Assembly: GCA_943371595.1 (NCBI GenBank) | Contig: CALRVO020000001.1 | Location: 1 to 35,833, forward strand | Direction: 5' to 3' | From: Sphingomonas paucimobilis | GTDB taxonomy: Bacteria > Actinomycetota > Actinomycetes > Propionibacteriales > Nocardioidaceae | DNA length: 35,833 bases | In this document: piece after piece, positions 31,361 through 35,833 of the stretch | Layout of the letters: every line of letters begins with the position of its first letter | Position numbering within the stretch: position 1 is the stretch's first letter | Made by a program: the position numbers and the translations under genes | Notes under the pieces: generated by a model | The model's database searches: none | What the model was told of the DNA's origin: nothing | What the model saw: only the letters and a program-made list of their open reading frames with translations

Positions 31361-32385
31361 GGGTTGGTCGGCACGGCCGCCCGGGTGGGCGCCGGGGTCG
31401 GCGCGGCCGCCAGGTAGGCCTGGGCCAACGGGTGTCCGCGCAACGGCACCGAGAGCAGCGACCACAGCTCCGTGACGACGTCGCGGTCACCGCCGCGGGC
31501 CTCCACGACGTGCCCGAGCCAGTCGCGGACCTCCACGACGATCGTCTCGTCGCCGGTCTCCACGGCGGCGGCCACGCAGCCGACGACGTGGTCGACGTGC
31601 GACACCAGGTCGGGCCACCAGGGCGGGAGGGCGGTGCCGCTCCCGAGACGGTCGACGAGCCGGGCCACGACCCCCTCGGTGAGCACGTGGCGCCGGTCGA
31701 GGATCCACTCGGCCTCGGCGTCGGCCGGGGTGCGCTCGGGCGCCTGGACGGGGGCGAACCACAGGGGCAGGGTCTCGAGGAGCTCCATCGCGGCCGCCAG
31801 GTCGGCGGCGTACGCCGTGGCGCCGAGGGCCTCGGCCCGCGCCGGGTCGGCCCCGAAGGCACTGCCGCCGACGATCACCGGGATGCCGGTCGCGCGGATC
31901 TCGGTGAACACACGCTTCTGCCCGGCCAGCGACGAGGTCAACGACGCGCTGAACAGGACGGCGCGCGGCCGGGCCTCGAGGACCTCTCGCACCAGGCGGT
32001 CGGGTTCGGAGCCGTTGCCGAGGTAGACGACGTGGAAGCCGGCCCAGGTCAGGCCCTCGGCGACCACGAGCGCGGGCAGCGAGTGCCGTTCGTGCTCGAC
32101 ACAGGCCACCACGACGGTGGGCCGGTCGGGCCGGGGCGGCGGCGCGAACGAGCCGAGCCAGTGCACCAGGCCCTCGTTGATCTCGGTGGCGCGGGCCTCC
32201 TGCTCCACGTCCCAGATGCCGGCGAGCCAGAGCTCGCCGATCCGGGCCTGGGCCGGCACCACGAGCTCCTCGATCACCTGCGTCGGCGTCTGTCCGCGGG
32301 CCCGCTCGGCCTTGACGACCTCGAGCGCGGCCAGACGGTCGCCGGACTCGAGCGCGGTCCAGTAGTCGGTACGGACCTGGTTCAT
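31357..32385 (-). CDS. Cobalamin-binding domain protein (cap + Rossmann B12 domain + helical C-terminal domain)
   Basis: PAQARIGELW cap, ERHSLP (ExH), VYLG, SAS, VIVGG.AF; no HTH. Confidence 0.85.
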   Translation of the reverse strand: MNQVRTDYWTALESGDRLAALEVVKAERARGQTPTQVIEELVVPAQARIGELWLAGIWDVEQEARATEINEGLVHWLGSFAPPPRPDRPTVVVACVEHERHSLPALVVAEGLTWAGFHVVYLGNGSEPDRLVREVLEARPRAVLFSASLTSSLAGQKRVFTEIRATGIPVIVGGSAFGADPARAEALGATAYAADLAAAMELLETLPLWFAPVQAPERTPADAEAEWILDRRHVLTEGVVARLVDRLGSGTALPPWWPDLVSHVDHVVGCVAAAVETGDETIVVEVRDWLGHVVEARGGDRDVVTELWSLLSVPLRGHPLAQAYLAAAPTPAPTRAAVPTNP

Positions 32386-32471
32386 GCCACCTCACACCTG
32401 CGGGGGGAGACCGACATCACAACACGACGTCCCAGACGGTCGCCTCCACCGTGGGGGTGATTGGCGTGCGA

Positions 32472-33107
32472 CTACTCCCCCAGCCCGGCGCGCTCGGCGC
32501 CGATCGTGGTGTCGTCGCCGTGGCCGGTGTGGACCACGGTGTCGTCGGGCAGGGCGAGGAGCTTGGCCCGGATCGAGGCCTCGATCGTGGGGCGGTCGCT
32601 GAAGCTGCGTCCGGTGGCACCCGGGCCGCCGTTGAAGAGCGTGTCGCCGGTGAAGACGCAGCCCAGGTCGGCGGCGTACAGGCAGATCGCGCCGGGCGCG
32701 TGGCCCGGGGTGTGCAGCACCTGCAGCGTCGTGCCGCCGACGTCGACCGTGACGCCGTCGGCGAGGTCGAGGTCCCACAGCAGGGCGTCGACGTCGTCCG
32801 GACCACCGTGGGTCAGCTCCCACAACGGCTTGTCGTCGGGGTGCAGCATGATCGGCGCACCCACCCGCTCACGCAGCGCCGGCGCGACACGGCTGTGGTC
32901 GTCGTGGGCGTGGGTCAGCACGATCGCCTTGACCGTGCGCTCCCCCACCAGCGCCAGGATGTCGTCGACGGAGTGCGGGGCGTCGATGACGACGCACTCG
33001 GTGTCGTCGCCGACGACCCACAGGTTGTTGTCGACCTGGTGGGTCTCGCCGTCGAGGGAGAAGGTGCCGCTGGAGACGGCGTGGTCGACGCGCACGGTCC
33101 CCGCCAT
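32472..33107 (-). CDS. MBL-fold metallo-hydrolase (Rv2260-like partner of MscR)
   Basis: THAHDDH, HTPGH, FTGDTLF, HTGHG; start overlaps the mscR stop. Confidence 0.92.
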   Translation of the reverse strand: MAGTVRVDHAVSSGTFSLDGETHQVDNNLWVVGDDTECVVIDAPHSVDDILALVGERTVKAIVLTHAHDDHSRVAPALRERVGAPIMLHPDDKPLWELTHGGPDDVDALLWDLDLADGVTVDVGGTTLQVLHTPGHAPGAICLYAADLGCVFTGDTLFNGGPGATGRSFSDRPTIEASIRAKLLALPDDTVVHTGHGDDTTIGAERAGLGE

Positions 33108-34207
33108 CAGAGGATGACCACCGAGCGCAGGACGTCGCCGCCGTGCATCCGGTCGAAGGCGGCCTCGACGTCGCCGATGCCGATCTCCTCGGTGACGAAC
33201 GCGTCGAGGTCGAGGCGACCCTGACGGTAGAGGTCGACGAGCATCGGGAAGTCGCGCGACGGCAGGCAGTCGCCGTACCAGCTCGACTTCAGCGACCCAC
33301 CGCGGCCGAACACGTCGATCAGGGGGATCTCGGGGATCGTCATGTCGGGGGTCGGTACGCCGACCAGGACGACCGTGCCGGCCAGGTCACGGGCGTAGAA
33401 CGCCTGCTTCCAGGTCTCGGGACGCCCGACGGCCTCGACGACGACGTCGGCACCCTCGGCACCGGGGTAGGTCTCGGCGCAGATGCGCTTGATCTCCTCA
33501 ACGGGGTCGACCTTGCTGGAGTCGACGGTGTGGGTCGCGCCGAGCTTCTTGGCGGTCTCGAGCTTCTTGGGGTCGATGTCGACGGCGATGATCGGGCTGG
33601 AGCCGGCCAGGGCCGCCCCGGCGATCGCGGCCACGCCCACGCCGCCGCACCCGATGACCGCGATGCTGCGACCACGCCCGGCGTTGCCGGTGTTGATCGC
33701 CGCGCCGATGCCGGCCATCACGCCGCACCCGAGCAGGCCGACGGCCGCCGGTCGTGCGTCCGGGTCGACCTTGGTGCACTGACCCGCGGCGACCAGGGTC
33801 TTCTCGGCGAACGCGCCGATGCCGAGCGCCGGGCTCAGCTCGGTGCCGTCCTCCAGCGTCATCTTCTGGGTCGCGTTGTGGGTGTTGAAGCAGTACTGCG
33901 GCTCGCCGCGGTTGCAGGCCCGGCACTCGCCGCACACGGCGCGCCAGTTGAGGATCACGAAGTCGCCGGGTTCCACCGACGTCACGTCGGAGCCGACGGC
34001 CTCGACGATGCCCGAGGCCTCGTGGCCGAGCAGGAACGGGAAGTCGTCGTTGATGCCGCCCTCGCGGTAGTGCAGGTCGGTGTGGCACACCCCGCACGCC
34101 TGGATCTTGACCACGGCCTCGCCCGGTCCGGGGTCGGGCACGTTGATGGTGACCAGCTCGACGGGGGCTCCCTTGGCCTTCGCGACGACGGCCTGGACCT
34201 GCTGCAT
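33107..34207 (-). CDS. mscR: S-(hydroxymethyl)mycothiol dehydrogenase / S-nitrosomycothiol reductase
   Basis: [48 protein letters not shown]; ATG 34207 after GAGGAG. Confidence 0.95.
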   Translation of the reverse strand: MQQVQAVVAKAKGAPVELVTINVPDPGPGEAVVKIQACGVCHTDLHYREGGINDDFPFLLGHEASGIVEAVGSDVTSVEPGDFVILNWRAVCGECRACNRGEPQYCFNTHNATQKMTLEDGTELSPALGIGAFAEKTLVAAGQCTKVDPDARPAAVGLLGCGVMAGIGAAINTGNAGRGRSIAVIGCGGVGVAAIAGAALAGSSPIIAVDIDPKKLETAKKLGATHTVDSSKVDPVEEIKRICAETYPGAEGADVVVEAVGRPETWKQAFYARDLAGTVVLVGVPTPDMTIPEIPLIDVFGRGGSLKSSWYGDCLPSRDFPMLVDLYRQGRLDLDAFVTEEIGIGDVEAAFDRMHGGDVLRSVVIL

Positions 34208-34289
34208 GCGGTGCTCCTCGATCTCGGACGCGGGGGTGTCGGGACCCATGCAACCGTATGGGCGGTTGGCCGGGGCACGGGGTCGACCG

Positions 34290-34754
34290 ACGGTGGTCGA
34301 GGAGGTCGCCCCCGACCGCACCCCACGGTGCTCGAGGAGGTCACCCACCACCGCGCCACACGGTGGTCGAGGAGCTGCTCACAACCGCACCCCACGGTGG
34401 TCGAGGAGGTTGCCCTGGCAACCGTCACGAGACCCACCACCGCAGGGGCAAGCCGAGTTGGCCACGCGGTTGCGGTCGGATCGGTCTCGAGACGGTCGCG
34501 GGCGACCTCCTCGACCACCGTTCGGTCGGCCTGGGTGCGCCGGCTAGACCCGCAGGCGAGCAGCCCAACGCCACCACACGGTGGTCGAGAAGGTTGCCCT
34601 GGCAACCGTCACGAGACCACTCCACCGCAAGGACAGCTCATCTCGCCCACGTCCGCTGCGGTCGGATCGGTCTCGTGACGGTCGCGGGCGACCTCCTCGA
34701 CCACCGTGGAGTCGGCCCGGGTGGGCCGGTCGCGGGCGACCTCCTCGACCACCG
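34290..34754. repeat. Cluster of REP/REPIN-like repeats
   Basis: Core ACGGTGGTCGAGGAGG in forward orientation at 34290, 34325, 34360, 34394 and 34578, and inverted copies ending at 34521, 34707 and 34754. Confidence 0.92.
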
Positions 34755-34798
34755 CGGAGTCGACCTGGGTGAGCCGTTGCGGGAGGTTCGACGCGATT

Positions 34799-34824
34799 GC
34801 AACCTTCCCGACGGCGATGGCGTC
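34799..34824 (+). promoter_or_regulatory. Putative SigE-type ECF promoter (autoregulatory)
   Basis: GCAAC-N17-CGTC 27 nt upstream of the sigma ATG, followed by an AAGGAGG RBS. Confidence 0.55.
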
Positions 34825-34851
34825 TTGGTGGCGTGACCGAAGGAGGAACCG

Positions 34852-35406
34852 ATGATGCAGCTCCACAGCCGCGCGAGGCCGGAGACTAGAGGCATGAGTG
34901 CCAGGGACGCCGAGTTCACGGACTACCTGCACGCGCGGCAGCCCAGCCTGCTGCGGACGGCGTACCTGCTGACGGGCGACCGTCACACGGCCGAGGACGT
35001 GCTGCAGACGTCGCTGGCCAAGCTCTACCTGGCCTGGGACAAGGTGCACGACCGCAACGCGGTCGACGCCTACGTGCGCCGGATCATGGTCAACGAGAAC
35101 AACTCGTTGTGGCGCAAGCCGTGGAAGAAGCGCGAGCACGCGATCGACACGCTGCCCGACGCGGCCTACGTCGACGAGTACGACGACGGCCGCGGCGCGG
35201 CGCTGTGGGAGGTCGTGCAGTCGCTGCCGCCCAAGGCGCGCGCCGTCGTGGTCCTGCGCTTCTACGAGCAGCTCAGCGAGGCCGAGACCGCCGACGTCCT
35301 CGGCATCAGCGTCGGCACCGTCAAGTCGCAGTGCAGCCGCGCCGTCGCGGCCCTGCGCGAACGCGTGCCGGCCGACCTGCGACCCGGATCCATCGAGGAG
35401 TCCTGA
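34852..35406 (+). CDS. ECF sigma factor, actinobacterial SigE family
   Basis: LLRTAYLLTGD..AEDVLQ..LAKLYLAW, LP.KARAVVVLRFYE.LSEAETA..LGISVGTVKSQ. Alternative start 34894. Confidence 0.94.
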   Translation: MMQLHSRARPETRGMSARDAEFTDYLHARQPSLLRTAYLLTGDRHTAEDVLQTSLAKLYLAWDKVHDRNAVDAYVRRIMVNENNSLWRKPWKKREHAIDTLPDAAYVDEYDDGRGAALWEVVQSLPPKARAVVVLRFYEQLSEAETADVLGISVGTVKSQCSRAVAALRERVPADLRPGSIEES

Positions 35407-35833
35407 TGAACGACGAGATCAACCCCAAGACCAGCAGCAACCCCGACAGCGAGCCCTGGGAGAGCGAGATGACCAGCGAGTTCGACCGCCGCGTCCGCGA
35501 CCTCCACGAGGCCCCGCTGACCCTCGACCTCGTGAAGGGCAGGGCCATGAGCATCCGACGCAAGCGCCGCGCCGCCGTCGCGGGCGGCATCCTCGCCGCC
35601 GCGGCGGTCGTCGTCCCGGTGGCGGTCGTCGCCGCCAACACCACCGGCGGCAACCGGGCCTCCGAGGTCCCCGCGGCGACCAGCACGCCGTCGCCGACCG
35701 TGGACGACCCCACGATCCCCGACACCCCGCCGGCGCCGCCCACGGCAGGCATCGGCGCGGCGTACCTCGAGGGCACGAGCTACCACCGCGCCGACGGCAC
35801 CGTGACGACCCTGCCCGGCGCCGGCTACCTCGA
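35406..35833 (+). CDS. Putative anti-sigma membrane protein (3' truncated)
   Basis: TGATG coupling to the sigma gene; manual translation MNDEINPK...RRKRRAAVAGGILAAAAVVVPVAVV (basic patch + TM), then a Pro/Thr linker. Confidence 0.75.
   Translation, partial: MNDEINPKTSSNPDSEPWESEMTSEFDRRVRDLHEAPLTLDLVKGRAMSIRRKRRAAVAGGILAAAAVVVPVAVVAANTTGGNRASEVPAATSTPSPTVDDPTIPDTPPAPPTAGIGAAYLEGTSYHRADGTVTTLPGAGYL

Noticed and set aside
32386-32471. Cobalamin riboswitch upstream of the B12-binding gene
   Set aside because: Only 86 bp and no recognisable B12-box.
34290-34754. CRISPR array
   Set aside because: The core is only about 16 bp, linkers are short and similar to each other, copies occur in both orientations, and there are no cas genes.
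34208-34851. ORFs across the repeat region (34258-34836, 33982-34605) and the N-terminal extension of mscR
   Set aside because: These are translations of the repeats (recurrent TVVEEV / DLLDHR); mscR has an RBS-supported ATG at 34207.

Overview
Very GC-rich actinobacterial chromosomal DNA. Gene content and repeats resemble Nocardioides-type genomes (inference). About 36 densely packed CDSs, in order: ADH/ALDH with an Rv3169/Rv3168-like pair, an exported sulfatase, PaaI plus TetR-AidB, an ABC-F ATPase, an orphan PAS kinase, an ECF41/SigJ-like sigma with a small DUF1059-like partner, a putative peptidoglycan-peptide recycling operon, APH, NMO, CapA, EamA, the guaB3-rnhA-guaB region, ACT-GNAT, two Mce-associated-like proteins, groES-groEL1 with two CIRCE boxes, two related surface proteins, a methyltransferase, a B12-binding protein, the mscR-MBL formaldehyde pair, a REP/REPIN-like repeat cluster and a SigE-like sigma/anti-sigma pair. 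I saw no rRNA, tRNA, CRISPR, transposase or phage genes. The most interesting signals are non-coding or tiny: (1) an unannotated leaderless 12-aa Pro-Pro-Pro leader peptide with mutually exclusive hairpins upstream of the EamA transporter, a candidate proline/EF-P-sensing attenuator; (2) two matching GGTCACA-N16-CGTC promoters defining a mini-regulon for the ECF41-like sigma; (3) a KstR-consensus operator inside the promoter of the Rv3168/Rv3169-like operon; (4) nested REP doublets. Family and orthologue calls come from motif recognition and recall, not database searches.
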